The notes beneath the pieces were generated by a model that was not told where the DNA came from, did not search any database, and saw nothing but the letters and a program-made list of their open reading frames with translations. This document shows, in pieces, positions 11,949 to 23,700 of a DNA stretch of 64,000 nt (positions within the stretch are counted from its first letter, which is position 1; each line of letters opens with the position of its first letter). The translations under genes were made by a program, and so were the position numbers. The stretch is from an uncultured Candidatus Rokubacteria bacterium (lineage in GTDB: Bacteria; Methylomirabilota; Methylomirabilia; Rokubacteriales; CSP1-6): positions 288,001 through 352,000 of the forward strand of contig CAVVEU010000024.1 of NCBI GenBank assembly GCA_963747235.1. The letters run 5' to 3'.

Positions 11949-13073
11949 TCACCCTCCCTTCGTCATGAGGTCAGCGAAGCGACGGAACAGGTAGTGCGAG
12001 TCGTGCGGGCCCGGCGAGGCCTCCGGGTGGTACTGCACGGAGAAGATCGGCAGCTCGCGGTGCCGCATCCCCTCCGACGTGCCGTCGTTGAGATTGACGT
12101 GCGTCTCCACCAGCCCGAGCTTCTCGAAACCGCGCGGGTCCACCGCGAAGCCGTGATTCTGCGCGGTGATCTCCACCCGCCCGGTGCTGAGGTCCTTCAC
12201 CGGGTGGTTGCCCCCGTGATGGCCGAACTTCAGCTTGAAGGTGCTGCCGCCGAGCGCGAGCCCGAGGATCTGGTTGCCCAGGCAGATGCCGAAGATCGGG
12301 ACCTTCCCGACGAGCCCGCGCACCGTCTCGATGAGATACGGGACCGCCTCGGGATCGCCGGGCCCGTTGGAGAGGAAGACCCCGTCCGGCTTCCGCTCGA
12401 GCACCGCGGCCGCGCGCGTGTCCGCGGGCATCACCTCGACCCGGCAGCCGAGCCCGCTGAGGCAGCGCAGGATGTTCTGCTTGATCCCCGAGTCGAACGC
12501 GATGACCTTGAAGCGGGGCGCGGGCGGCGTGGTGTAGCCGCGCGCCAGGTCCCACGGCCCCTCGTCCCAGCCGTGGGGCTGGGTCACGCTCACCTCGGTG
12601 ACCAGGTCGCGCCCGAGCAGGCCGGGCAGCGCCCGCGCCCGCTCCGCGAGGCGGGCGGCGTCCGGCTCCTCGGTGGAGATGATGCCCTCCTGGGCGCCGT
12701 GATCGCGCAGGTGCCGGGTCAGGGCGCGCGTGTCGATGCCCTGGATCCCGACGATCTGATGCTCGCGCAGGTAGGTGTCGAGCGGCACCCGCGCGCGCCA
12801 GCTCGAGGGGAACGGGCAGGCTTCCTTCACGATGAAGCCGGCCAGCCACGGCCGCCGCGACTCGACGTCCTCCGGATTGATGCCGTAGTTGCCGATCAGG
12901 GGATAGGTCATGCAGACCATCTGCCCCCGGTACGACGGGTCGGTGAGGATCTCCTGGTAGCCGGTCATGGACGTGTTGAACACGACCTCGCCGTGGCTCT
13001 CGCCGGCGGCGCCCAGGGCTTCCCCGCGGAACACGCGGCCGTCCGCGAGCGCGAGCAGGACCGGCCGCGTCAC
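11949..13073 (-). CDS. carA: Carbamoyl-phosphate synthase small subunit
   Basis: EVVFNTSMTGYQEILTDPSY, LSNGPGDP, FGICLG, QYHPEASPGP; GTGA overlap with pyrC. Confidence 0.97.
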   Translation of the reverse strand: MTRPVLLALADGRVFRGEALGAAGESHGEVVFNTSMTGYQEILTDPSYRGQMVCMTYPLIGNYGINPEDVESRRPWLAGFIVKEACPFPSSWRARVPLDTYLREHQIVGIQGIDTRALTRHLRDHGAQEGIISTEEPDAARLAERARALPGLLGRDLVTEVSVTQPHGWDEGPWDLARGYTTPPAPRFKVIAFDSGIKQNILRCLSGLGCRVEVMPADTRAAAVLERKPDGVFLSNGPGDPEAVPYLIETVRGLVGKVPIFGICLGNQILGLALGGSTFKLKFGHHGGNHPVKDLSTGRVEITAQNHGFAVDPRGFEKLGLVETHVNLNDGTSEGMRHRELPIFSVQYHPEASPGPHDSHYLFRRFADLMTKGG

Positions 13074-14344
13074 GACGCCACCTTGACGCCGCCCACCAGG
13101 GTCATCCACGGCGCGCCCGTGCCGGTGAACCCCGCGAACGGCGTGTTGCGGCCGCGCGAGCGGAACGTGGCCGGATCCACCGTCCAGCTCCGCTCGAGGT
13201 CGAGGATCGTGACGTCGGCGGCGGCCCCGGGGGCGAGGCTGCCGCCGGGCAGGTTCAGGAGCCGCGCGGGGCCGGTGCTGAGCCGGGTCACCAGGGTCGG
13301 GAGGTCCAGCACGCCGGGCCGCACGAGGCGATCGAGCAGCAGCGGCACCGCGGTCTCGAGGCCCACGATGCCGTTGGCGGCCTCCGCGAACTCGCCCTCC
13401 TTCTCGGAGAGCGCGTGCGGCGCGTGGTCGGTGGCCACGCAGTCGATGGTGCCGTCCACCAGGGCTTCCAGGCACGCCTCGACGTCGCGCTTGCCGCGGA
13501 GCGGGGGCGCCATCTTGCAGTTGGAGTCGTAGCTGCGCACCACCTCGTCGGTGAGCAGCAGGTGATGCGGGGTCACCTCCGCGGTCACCCGGACCCCGCG
13601 CGCCTTGGCGTCGCGCACGAGCCGCACCGCGCCCGCGGTCGAGATGTGCGCGATGTGCAGGTGCGCGCCGGTCAGCTCGGCGAGGATGATGTCGCGCGCC
13701 ACCATCACGTCCTCGGCGGCGGCGGGCTGGCCCAGGAGGCCCAGCTCGGTGGAGACGAACCCCTCGTGCATGGCCCCGCGGTGCGCGAGCTCGCAGTCCT
13801 CCGCGTGGCTGATGATCGGCACGCCGAAGGGCAGGGCGTACTCCATCGCCCGGCGGTACAGCTCCGCGTTCATCACGCACTTGCCGTCGTCGGAGAAGGC
13901 CACGCAGCCCGCCTCGGCCTGCTCGGCCAGCTCCGCGAGCTGCGTGCCTTCGAGGTTGCGGGTCACCGCGCCGATGGGGTAGACGCGGACGACGCCTTCC
14001 ACCTTCGCGCGGGCCAGGATGTAGTCGGTGACCGCGCGGTTGTCGTTGACCGGGAAGGTATTGGCCATGCACGCGACCGCGGTGAAGCCGCCCGCCGCGG
14101 CGGCCCGCGTCCCGCTCGCGATGGTCTCCTTGTACTCGAAGCCCGGCTCGCGCAGGTGCACGTGCATGTCGATGAAGCCCGGGCACACCACCTTGCCGGT
14201 CGCGTCCACCGTCTCGGCGCCCGCGGGGGTCTTCAGGCCTCGGCCCACCTTGTGGATGCGGCCGTCGGCGATCCAGACGTCCTGGACCGCGTCGGTGCCG
14301 CCGGCCGGATCCACCACGCGCCCGCCCTTGATCAGCAGGTTCAT
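13070..14344 (-). CDS. pyrC: Dihydroorotase
   Basis: [24 protein letters not shown]. Confidence 0.96.
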   Translation of the reverse strand: MNLLIKGGRVVDPAGGTDAVQDVWIADGRIHKVGRGLKTPAGAETVDATGKVVCPGFIDMHVHLREPGFEYKETIASGTRAAAAGGFTAVACMANTFPVNDNRAVTDYILARAKVEGVVRVYPIGAVTRNLEGTQLAELAEQAEAGCVAFSDDGKCVMNAELYRRAMEYALPFGVPIISHAEDCELAHRGAMHEGFVSTELGLLGQPAAAEDVMVARDIILAELTGAHLHIAHISTAGAVRLVRDAKARGVRVTAEVTPHHLLLTDEVVRSYDSNCKMAPPLRGKRDVEACLEALVDGTIDCVATDHAPHALSEKEGEFAEAANGIVGLETAVPLLLDRLVRPGVLDLPTLVTRLSTGPARLLNLPGGSLAPGAAADVTILDLERSWTVDPATFRSRGRNTPFAGFTGTGAPWMTLVGGVKVAS

Positions 14345-15267
14345 GCGCTCTTGCTCCCGGCGAGCATGTAGAGCACCGCCATGCGCACCGCGACGCCGTT
14401 CGAGACCTGGTCGAGGATGACCGAGTAGGCGCTGTCCGCCACCTCGGGGGCCAGCTCGACGCCGCGGTTCACCGGGCCCGGGTGCATGATCAGCACGTCG
14501 GGCCGGCAGTGCTCGAGCTTGGCCAGGGAGAGCCCCCACACCCGCGAGTACTCGCGGAGGGACGGGATGAAGCCGCCCTGCATCCGCTCGTGCTGCAGGC
14601 GCAGCATCATGATCACGTCGGCGTGGGCGATCGCTTCCTCCAGGCGGTGGCTGACCTTCACGCCCAGCTCCTGGCACTGGGCCGGGATCAGGGTGGGCGG
14701 GCCCGCCACCGTCACCGTGATGCCCATCTTCCGCATGCCGTGGATGTCGGAGCGCGCGACGCGGCTGTGGGTGATGTCGCCCACGATCGTGACGTTGAGC
14801 CCTTCCAGGTGCCCCTTCTTCTCCCGGATCGTCATGAGGTCGAGCAGGGCCTGGGTCGGGTGCTCGTGGGCGCCGTCGCCCGCGTTGATCACCCCGCAGC
14901 GCAGGTGCCGGGCCAGGAGCGCGGGGGCGCCCGCGGCCTTGTGGCGCACCACCACCACGTCGGGGCTCATGGCCTCGATGTTGCGCGCGGTGTCGAGCAG
15001 GCTCTCGCCCTTGTCCGCGCTCGAGCCGGAGGCGGAGAAGTTGATCACGTCGGCGGAGAGCCACTTGCCCGCGATCTCGAACGAGGTGCGGGTGCGGGTG
15101 GACGACTCGTAGAAGAGATTCACCACCGTCTTGCCCCGGAGGGTGGGGACCTTCTTGATCTCGCGCGTCGCGATCTCCTTCATCGAGACCGCGGTGTCGA
15201 GCACGCCGATGATCTCGGCCGCGTCCAGGTCCTGCATGCCGAGCAGATCCTTGCGCTTCCAGCTCAT
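14341..15267 (-). CDS. pyrB: Aspartate carbamoyltransferase
   Basis: [27 protein letters not shown]. Confidence 0.97.
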   Translation of the reverse strand: MSWKRKDLLGMQDLDAAEIIGVLDTAVSMKEIATREIKKVPTLRGKTVVNLFYESSTRTRTSFEIAGKWLSADVINFSASGSSADKGESLLDTARNIEAMSPDVVVVRHKAAGAPALLARHLRCGVINAGDGAHEHPTQALLDLMTIREKKGHLEGLNVTIVGDITHSRVARSDIHGMRKMGITVTVAGPPTLIPAQCQELGVKVSHRLEEAIAHADVIMMLRLQHERMQGGFIPSLREYSRVWGLSLAKLEHCRPDVLIMHPGPVNRGVELAPEVADSAYSVILDQVSNGVAVRMAVLYMLAGSKSA

Positions 15268-15271
15268 CGTC

Positions 15272-15856
<585 letters not shown>

Positions 15857-15892
15857 TTACCGATCTTCTTCCGATGCCGCATTGTTGATCTC

Positions 15893-15926
15893 TCCTTGCC
15901 GGCCTCGCAGGGCCTGCTTAAAGGAG
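15893..15926 (-). promoter_or_regulatory. PyrR-binding RNA stem-loop
   Basis: CCTTTAAGCAGGCCCTGCGAGGCCGGCAAGG resembles the PyrR site consensus (CUUUAA...CCNGNGAGG). Confidence 0.8.
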
Positions 15927-15945
15927 TGAGTCGTGATGTGCTCGT

Positions 15946-15974
15946 ATGCTACGCCGCGGGGCGCGGCCTGTCAA
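15946..15974 (-). promoter_or_regulatory. pyr operon promoter
   Basis: TTGACA-17 bp-TAGCAT upstream of the PyrR site. Confidence 0.75.
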
Positions 15975-15984
15975 GGCGGAGCGG

Positions 15985-16164
15985 TCACGAATCGCGCGCG
16001 CCGAGCCATCGCACGAGTCCCACGAGGAAGATCCCGACGCCGACCATCAGGGGAATCCAGTAGCGCGGCACGTGGAGGATCTGCACCAGCACGATGCACA
16101 GGCCAATGAACGCGACGATCGCCCCGGCCATCATGAGCTTGCCGCCCGAATTACGTCCCGCCAT
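15985..16164 (-). CDS. Small two-helix membrane protein (59 aa, below ORF-track cutoff)
   Basis: MAGRNSGGKLMMAGAIVAFIGLCIVLVQILHVPRYWIPLMVGVGIFLVGLVRWLGARDS; GAGGAG RBS. Confidence 0.7.
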   Translation of the reverse strand: MAGRNSGGKLMMAGAIVAFIGLCIVLVQILHVPRYWIPLMVGVGIFLVGLVRWLGARDS

Positions 16165-16173
16165 GTTCGCTCC

Positions 16174-16920
16174 TCATTTCTCGGCCACCAGGATGAGCCG
16201 GCCCGTCGAGCCCGCGCGATACGGCCGGCCATCGTAGCCGGAGTAGGCCCGGAGGAATCGCAGGCCGACGTCGCGGAGCATCCGCCGCCACTGGGGAAGG
16301 GAGAACTGCTGAAAGCGCAGGGTCTTCTGCGCCACCCACCGCTGCCCGGCGGTGACGATGAGCTGCGTGCTGTCCGTCATCTTCGTGCGCCGATCGAAGT
16401 GGCGCTCCTCGAGCACGAATCGCTTCCGCCCGGTCCGGTACCAGAGGCGCCGCGGCAGGCCCGCGTCGTAGGCCGGGTCGCGGTGGTCCACCAGCAGCCG
16501 GCCACCCGGCCGCAGCGCGCGCGCCATCCGGCGCAGGGTGGCCACGTTCTGGGCGGGCGTGAAGTAGCCGAAGCTCGTGTAGAGATTGATCACCGCGTCG
16601 AATTCCTCGCGAAAGGCGATGCGACGCATGTCGCCTCGCCGGAAGCGCAGGCGCGGCCCCTCGCGGAAGCGGCGCCGGCCCTCCGCGAGCATCGCGCGCG
16701 AGAGATCCACGCCGACCACGCGAAAGCCGCGCCGCGCCAGCAGGGCCGCGTGCCGGCCGTACCCGCAGGGCAGGTCGAGGATGCGCGCGCCCTCGGGCGG
16801 GCGCAGGCTGCGGAGCACGAAGTCCACCTCGAGGCGGGTTTGTCGAACGGGCTTTTCTTCACGCAGCGCCGCGACGTAACTGGCGTCGAAGAAGTGCTTG
16901 AACCAATCCCGCCGGCTCAT
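16174..16920 (-). CDS. Class I SAM-dependent methyltransferase
   Basis: ILDLPCGYGRH, VGVDLS, GDMR, FDAVINLYTSFGYF. Confidence 0.9.
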   Translation of the reverse strand: MSRRDWFKHFFDASYVAALREEKPVRQTRLEVDFVLRSLRPPEGARILDLPCGYGRHAALLARRGFRVVGVDLSRAMLAEGRRRFREGPRLRFRRGDMRRIAFREEFDAVINLYTSFGYFTPAQNVATLRRMARALRPGGRLLVDHRDPAYDAGLPRRLWYRTGRKRFVLEERHFDRRTKMTDSTQLIVTAGQRWVAQKTLRFQQFSLPQWRRMLRDVGLRFLRAYSGYDGRPYRAGSTGRLILVAEK

Positions 16921-16953
16921 TCGCGGCGTAGTATACTCCGCCCTGGTCCCCCC

Positions 16954-17295
16954 ATGAGCCGGCTTCACGACGCAGCGCGCACCGAGGCCCGCACGATCGG
17001 CGTGTCGGTCATCCTGTCCGCGGGTTTACGCCGGCTCCAGCCCGGGAGCCCCGACGGACCCCAGCGACACACCCTGGCCGCCGGGGCCACCCTGGGCGAT
17101 CTGCTCGCCGCGATCGGCATCACCGCGGCGACCGATCTCACCGCCGCGGTGGACGGCGAGCTCGCCGAGCGCGACACCCCGCTCCGCGACGGCGCCGAAG
17201 TCATGCTCCTCGTGCCCATGGAAGGTGGAAGTGGCAGGGGGAGCCGCAGCCAAAGGCGAGGCGACCATAAGAAAAGCAGTGAAAGGCTTCTGTAG
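16954..17295 (+). CDS. ThiS/MoaD-like ubiquitin-fold protein with C-terminal extension
   Basis: GATLGDLLAAIGI...AAVDGE...TPLRDGAEVMLLVPMEGG followed by 21 extra residues. Confidence 0.8.
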   Translation: MSRLHDAARTEARTIGVSVILSAGLRRLQPGSPDGPQRHTLAAGATLGDLLAAIGITAATDLTAAVDGELAERDTPLRDGAEVMLLVPMEGGSGRGSRSQRRGDHKKSSERLL

Positions 17296-17336
17296 TAAAC
17301 GGTAGCAGCAAGGCAGTAAAGACGGTAGCAGCAAGG
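17294..17336 (+). repeat. Short tandem direct repeat
   Basis: ACGGTAGCAGCAAGG at 17299-17313 and 17322-17336, each preceded by AGTAA. Confidence 0.85.
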
Positions 17337-17371
17337 GCCCCACAACCTCACACCGAAGCGAGGACAACGAC

Positions 17372-17977
17372 ATGGCTCAGCTCAGAATTCCCCTCGATGA
17401 GAAGCGCTTCAGCTCCGGCCAGACCTGGAAGGACTACATGGCCCAGATGGGCGACACCCGGGCCAAGACCGAGGCGAACTACGCCAACTCCAAGCTGACC
17501 GACGAGGAGCGCAAGTTCTTCGCCGGCGTCAGCGGGGTCAAGTACGTCGTGATGCTCGCCGAGAACTGGTGCGGCGACGTGCATCGCAACTCCCCCCTGA
17601 TCGCGCACATCGTCGAGGCGATGCCGGGCGCCGAGCTGCGCGTGTTCCTGCGCGATCAGAACGCGGACCTGCGCGACACCTTCCTCAACAACGGCTACCA
17701 GTCCATTCCGGTGGTGGTCTTCTTCGACAAGGACTGGAACGAGATCGGCCGCTGGCTCGAGCGCGCGCACGGCGCGACGACCGTGACCGCCGGGATCCGC
17801 GGCCGGACGCTCGGGGCGGTGCCCCAGGGCGCGTCCAAGGAGCAGCAGGACGCGGCGATGGGCGAGTTCCGCACGCAGGTCCAGGCCGAGTACGACAAGC
17901 CGGGTGGGGCGCTCTGGCGCGCCGCGGCCGCCGAGGTCAAGCTCCTGCTGGAGACGAAGCTGGGCGCCAAGAAGTAG
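17372..17977 (+). CDS. Thioredoxin-like protein (Thioredoxin_9-type), single active-site Cys
   Basis: LAENWCGDV, FLRDQN, SIPVVVFFD...EIGRWLER. Confidence 0.8.
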   Translation: MAQLRIPLDEKRFSSGQTWKDYMAQMGDTRAKTEANYANSKLTDEERKFFAGVSGVKYVVMLAENWCGDVHRNSPLIAHIVEAMPGAELRVFLRDQNADLRDTFLNNGYQSIPVVVFFDKDWNEIGRWLERAHGATTVTAGIRGRTLGAVPQGASKEQQDAAMGEFRTQVQAEYDKPGGALWRAAAAEVKLLLETKLGAKK

Positions 17978-18011
17978 TCGGAGACATTCTCGTGCGCCCA
18001 CGGAGGCCTCG

Positions 18012-19122
18012 TTGACGGTCAAGCTCGGCATGTTCACCATGCCGTTCCATCACCCGGACCGGGACTACGCCACCATCCTCGAGGAGGATCAGGAGGCCAT
18101 CGTCCTGGCCGACCGGCTCGGCTTCACCGAGGCCTTCGTGGGCGAGCATTTCTCATCGTGGAGCGAGCGCATCACCTCGCCCCTCATCTTCTTCGCGACG
18201 CTGATTCCCCGCACCACCCAGATCCGCTTCGGCACCGGGGTCATCAACCTGCCGCAGCTCCACCCGGCCACGGTGGCCGCCCACGCGGCCATGTTCGACC
18301 AGCTCTGCAAGGGCCGCTTCATCATGGGCATCGGCCCCGGCGGCCTCGTGAGCGATCTGGAGATGTTCGACGTGGGCCAGGCCGAGCTGCGCCCGCAGAT
18401 GGTCATCGAGTCCATCGAGACCGTGCTCAAGCTGTGGGCCCAGGACCCGCCCTACGAGATCGACGGGAAGCTTCTGGAAGATCTCGCTGAAGAACGGCAT
18501 CTGGCCCGAGTTCAAGGTCGGCACCGTGCCGCGGCCCTACCAGCAGCCGCACCCGCCCATCGCGCTCTCGCTGCTCACCCCCAACTCCAACAGCGCGATC
18601 ACCGCGGGCGAGCGCGGCTGGATCCCGATCTCCGGCCAGTTCTTCCACCGCCGCTACCTGCGCGGGCACTGGGAGAAGTACGTCGAGGGCTGCGAGCGGG
18701 CGGGACGGCGGCCGGATCCGAGCATCTGGCGCGTGTCGCGCAGCGTGCTCGTCACCGAGAGCGACGCCCAGGCCGAGGAGTACCTGGCGGATCCCGACAA
18801 CGGGCTCTCCTTCTACTACCACTTCTTCCACCACAGCTTCTCGAAGGGCCGCAAGGCGCTCTTCATGCTGAAGCCCGACCTCCTCATCCCCGACGAGGAC
18901 GTGACCGAGGACATGATCAAGCGCGCCCTCGTCATCGCGGGCAGCCCGCGGCGCGTGCTCGAGCAGCTCGTGGCCCTGCGCGAGGAGACCGGCCCCTTCG
19001 GCACGCTCCTGATGGGCGGGCACGACTGGGACCAGCCCGCGCTGTGGCGCCGCTCGATGGAGCTCCTGGCCACCCAGGTGATGCCGCAGTTCTCGAAGCA
19101 CGCCGCCGCCGCCCGCCCGTGA
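18012..19122 (+). CDS. Luciferase-like (LLM) flavin-dependent oxidoreductase (apparent frameshift near 18470)
   Basis: KLGMFTMPFH, GFTEAFVGEH, IRFGTGV, PRPYQQPHPPI. Confidence 0.88.
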
Positions 19123-20122
19123 AGGTCGCGACCTGGCGCGGCGGGAGCCCGCTTCACCCTCGACGAGGCGCCCGATCCCGTCGCGGGGCCCGGGCAGGTG
19201 GTGGTGGACGTGGCCGCCGCGGGCATCTGCGGCACCGACGTGCACGCGACCCAGGGCCTCTTCCCGTGGACGCCGCCCATGATCATGGGCCACGAGTACT
19301 CGGGCGTGGTGCGCGAGGTCGGCCGCGGCGTGAACCGTCGACTCATCGGTAAGCGCGGTTGCCTGCGAGCCGAGCTTCGGGTGCGGCACGTGCCTGCACT
19401 GCAGGAACGGCCGCATCAGCCAGTGCGCCAAGGCCACGCGCGTCGGCGGCTTCGCCGAGCGCGCCGCGCTGCCGGTCGGCTGCGTGCACCCGCTGCCGAA
19501 GGGGCTCGATCCGGTCACCGCCGCGCTCGTCGAGCCCGCCTCCTGCTGCCTCTCCGGGCTCGAGATGTTCCGGATGCCGCGCAACGCGACGGTGGTGGTG
19601 ATGGGCGGCGGCATCATGGGGCTGCTCACCATGGCGATCGCCCGGCGCCGCGGCGCCGCGCGCCTCATCCTGTCCGATCCGCTCGAGGAGCGGCGGCAGA
19701 TCGCGAGCAAGCTCGGCGCGCGCGTGGTGGTGGATCCGACCCGCGAGAGCCTGCACGATCGCGTGATGGCGCTGACCGGGGGCCGCGGCGCGGAGGTCGT
19801 CTGCGAGGCGGTGGGCAAGCCCGAGCTGGTCGGCGAGGCCTTCGCCATGGTGAAGCCGACCGGCGTGCTGCAGCTCGTCGGGGTCAACCCCAAGGGCAGC
19901 CGCATGCCGATGGATCTCTTCGACATCCACTTCCGCGAGATCCGCATCCACGGCGCCTACGGCCGCGGCACCGCCTTCCGGCGCGCGCTCGCGCTGCTCC
20001 CGAAGCTCGGCGTGAAGCGCCTGATCGGCGCCCGGTTCCCGCTCGCGCGCATCGAGGAAGCCTTCGCGCACGCCACCGCCGGGCGCGGCGCGAAGACCGT
20101 CATCACTCCCGCCGCGACCTAG
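19119..20122 (+). CDS. Zn-dependent medium-chain dehydrogenase (apparent frameshifts near 19145 and 19355)
   Basis: GICGTD, GHE, CGTCLHC...C structural Zn site, GGGIMG. Confidence 0.88.
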
Positions 20123-20132
20123 TCCGGGAGGG

Positions 20133-20744
20133 CTAGGGAACCAGCGCTCGCGTCTTCGTCACGACCTTCTTCTCCCTGTCCGAGAAGAGCAGCACCATCT
20201 TCAGATGGTGCTGGGTGAAGGGCATGTCCCCGAACGTGACCAGGCAAACGACGGCCTGGGGCGGCGCGGCGATCGGGCTCAGCGAGAGGGTGTAGCGGTA
20301 ACAGACGGTGAGGCCGTCGTGCCACTTGGGCTGCCGCTGGGCCCCGGCGGGCGGCATGAAACCGACCCACTTGTCCTCGGGATTGGTGGGGAAATTGTCC
20401 GTCAGCTCGGTCGTGACGTCATCGATCTGGTCCATCTGGAACGCCCCGCTCGATTTGCGGAATGAGAAGCTATCCACGCTCTGACCGTCCTTGATCTTGA
20501 GCCCGATCTTGTAGCGGCGCGTCTCGACCTCCGCCAGGTACAGCGAACGCGCATTGGTGATGGCGGCCGCGCCTTTCTTGCCCCCGCGGAGCTTCAGGGT
20601 GAAGCACCATGAGCCGTCCAGCGTGAGGCCGTTGGTGGCGGCGTCCCGGGTGGCCTTCTTGGTCTCGGAAGTCGCCTCGAGGAACTGGACGGGCGCCCGG
20701 GGCGGCGCGGTCGCACTCGTTTTTCCACCGAACTCCATTCCCAT
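20133..20744 (-). CDS. Hypothetical protein (203 aa)
   Basis: Open frame with GGAGG RBS directly downstream of the cyclase; no family recognised. Confidence 0.65.
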   Translation of the reverse strand: MGMEFGGKTSATAPPRAPVQFLEATSETKKATRDAATNGLTLDGSWCFTLKLRGGKKGAAAITNARSLYLAEVETRRYKIGLKIKDGQSVDSFSFRKSSGAFQMDQIDDVTTELTDNFPTNPEDKWVGFMPPAGAQRQPKWHDGLTVCYRYTLSLSPIAAPPQAVVCLVTFGDMPFTQHHLKMVLLFSDREKKVVTKTRALVP

Positions 20745-20781
20745 CGCTGCACCTCCATCATCGCTGGGTTCGCTGCGCGGT

Positions 20782-23700
20782 CTAGCGGCACTCGCGGGCG
20801 AGGCGGCCGGACCAGAACGTCATGCCGAGCTCCTCGAACATGGCGCCGGCTCTCGAGAGTTCGCGCTCGGCGTCGGGGCCGCGGTCGAGTTTGTAGTAGA
20901 CGCGGCCCAACCCCAGGTGGCACAGGGCCTCGAGCGGGAGCATCCGGAGCGGGCGGGCGATCGCGAGGGCCTGGGCGTAGCAGGATTCGGCCTCCGCGTG
21001 CTCGGGAGGATCCTGTTGGGCGAGGACCTCGCCCAGGAGCCGGAGGGCCCAGGCTTCGAACCCGCGCGCCTTCAGGGTGCGCCGCTGCTCCAGATAGCGC
21101 CGGGCCAGGGGGAGCGCGGCGGTGGCGCGTCCGGAGGCCATGTACGCCTCGCTCAAAGCGCCGGCGCCGGTCCGGCGCTCCACCGGATCTCCGATCGAGG
21201 CCGCTTGCCGCCCCGCCCGCTCGAGCATTTCGAGGGCGTCCTTGGCGCGGTCCGCGAGCACGTAGGCGGAGGTGAGCGAGGGGGCGATCAGCGACGCGAA
21301 CATCGGGATCTCCGCGTCGTGGCACAGCGCGAACGCTCTCTCCAGCGTCGGGATCGCGACGCCGAGGTCGCCCTCTCGCAGGGCCAGCCCGCCGCGCCCG
21401 AGGCAGGCGTAGACGAGACTGACCGAGTGGGCGGCCGCTTCCGCGATCGCGAGCCCCTCGCGGGCCACCGCCGCGCCCTCCACGAAGTTACCGAGCTCGG
21501 CCAGTGACCAGGCCAGGCACGTGCGCGAGTAGACCGAGGGGAGCGGCGCCGAGCCGAAATGCTCGCGCTGCAGAGGGCCCTGCAACAGGCCGACGTTGCG
21601 CCGCGACACCGCGATCGCCTGCGGGTAGTCCCCAACCACGTAGTAGGTGAGCCCGAGCGCCGCGTTGGCCAGGATCTCGGTCTGGCGGTCGCCGGTCTGC
21701 TCCGCGATCGCGAGCGCTTCCCGGCCGCTCTCGATCGACCGGTCCACGTCACCGATCAGGTGGTAGTAGTTGGTCAGGAACGCCGATACGAGGCCGAGCC
21801 GCCGCCGGTCACCCGCCTCCCGGGCGAGACTGCCGGCCTCGGACAGGTGCTCGAACACCCGCGGGTACTCGCCGAGCGGCATCAGGGCGTAGCGGAGGTC
21901 GAGCCGCAGATCGATAGCCAGCTCGGTGGTGACGGCGGTGCGGGGTAGGTGCCCGAGCGCCACGAGGGCCTGATCGAAGTAGGGCACCGCCGCGCGGGTG
22001 GCCGAGCGGGCGAACGCCCGCACCCCCGCCTCGCGACAGTAGCGGACCGCCTTGTCCCACCGCTCGCCCCGGAAGGCGTGGTGGGCGAGCCGCTCGATCT
22101 GCTCGGTGGTGGGCTCGGGATAGAGCCGTTCGGACGCCTCGACCACGCGTCCGTCGATGGCCCGGCGGCGGTCGGCGAGCAGCGTCCCGTACGCGACCTC
22201 GTGGGTGAGGACGTGCTTGAACGTGAATTCCGGGGACATCAACAGCCCCGCGTCGTAGAGCAATTCGGCATCCTGAAGATGACGCAGGGCGGCCACGAGA
22301 TCCTCAACGCTGGACCCCATGCTCGCCTCCAGGAGCCCGAGAGGCACGTCCTTCCCGATCACGGCGGCAGCCTGGAGCAATTGCCTCTCGGCCACCGGTA
22401 AGCGGTCGATCCGGGCCGCGAGCACGCTCTGGACGGTCGGCGGCACCTCGATCTTCGAGGTCGCGCCCGCCCGCTGGTAGGCTCCGCGCTCTCCCAGGAG
22501 CGTGCCCTTCTCGACCAGGTCGCGCACGCACTCCTCGAGAAAGAACGGATTACCTTCTGTCCGCTCGATGAGAAGCCGCTTGATATCGGCCAGGTCCGGG
22601 GAGGCTCCCAGCAGATTGTCGAGCAGGTGTTCCGCCTCCCCGCGGCGCAAGGGCTCGATGGGGAACTGCGTGTAGTAGCTCCGGTTACCCCAGCCGTGCT
22701 GGTACTCGGGCCGGTAGGTCGCGAGCAGGAGGACCCGGGCGGCGGGAAGACGGTCCACGAGACGGTCCAGGAGACTCTGCGCCTCCGCGTCCGCCCAATG
22801 CAGGTCGTCGACCACCACGCACACCGGCTCGGTCCTGGAATGTCGCAGCAACACCCCGGAGATCGCGTCGAGCGTGCGCTGTCGGCGCTGGGAGGGCTCG
22901 AGGGCTTGCCAGGCGGGCTCGTCCACCGGGATCGAGAGCAAGGCGACGATCGCGTCGCGCACCGCCGGCACCAGGGCGCCCAGCGCCTCGAGGCCCCGCG
23001 CGACCTTGTCCTGGATCCGCTCCGCGTCGTCGTCGTCGTTGAGCCGGAAGTAGCCGCGAACGAGATCCACCGCGGCGGGACTCCCCACCGGCCGGCCGTA
23101 GAAGACGGTTCCGGACTCGACGACGCGCCAGCCCGCCCCTAGATGGTTCGTGATGAATTCCGAGACGAGTCGTGATTTTCCGACGCCGGGCTCGCCGACC
23201 ACCGCCACCACCTGGCCGTGCCCGGCGTGGGCGCTCGCGGCCGCTCGCGCGAGATCTCCGAGCTCCCCGGCCCGCCCGACGAAGGCGGTGCGCGCCCGGG
23301 CCCGCGCGGCCTGCAGGCGGGTCCGGGCCGGCCCCACTCCGACCAGCTCGAAGACGTCGATCGGCTGCGCGAGTCCCTTGACCGGTACCGGTCCGAGCGA
23401 CCGGGTTTCGACGAAGCCCTCGACGAGACGGCGCGTCGGGGCGGCGAGATAGGTCGTGCCGGGCCGGGCGAGCTGCTCCATGCGGCTCGCGAGATGCGTC
23501 GTCTGCCCGACCGCGGTGTAGTCCATCTGGAGATCCGAGCCGATGGAACGCACCACGACTTCGCCCGAGTTGAGGCCGATCCGGATCCTCACATCCATCG
23601 CCGCGCTCGGCGGGAGCGTCTCGCGGTGCCGGGTCACCGCTTCGTGCATCTCCAGCGCCGCATAGCACGCTCTCACCGCGTGATCCTCGTGGGCGAGTGG

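Noticed and set aside
17294-17336. Tandem repeat as a CRISPR remnant
   Set aside because: 15-bp units with 8-bp spacing, only two exact copies, no cas genes
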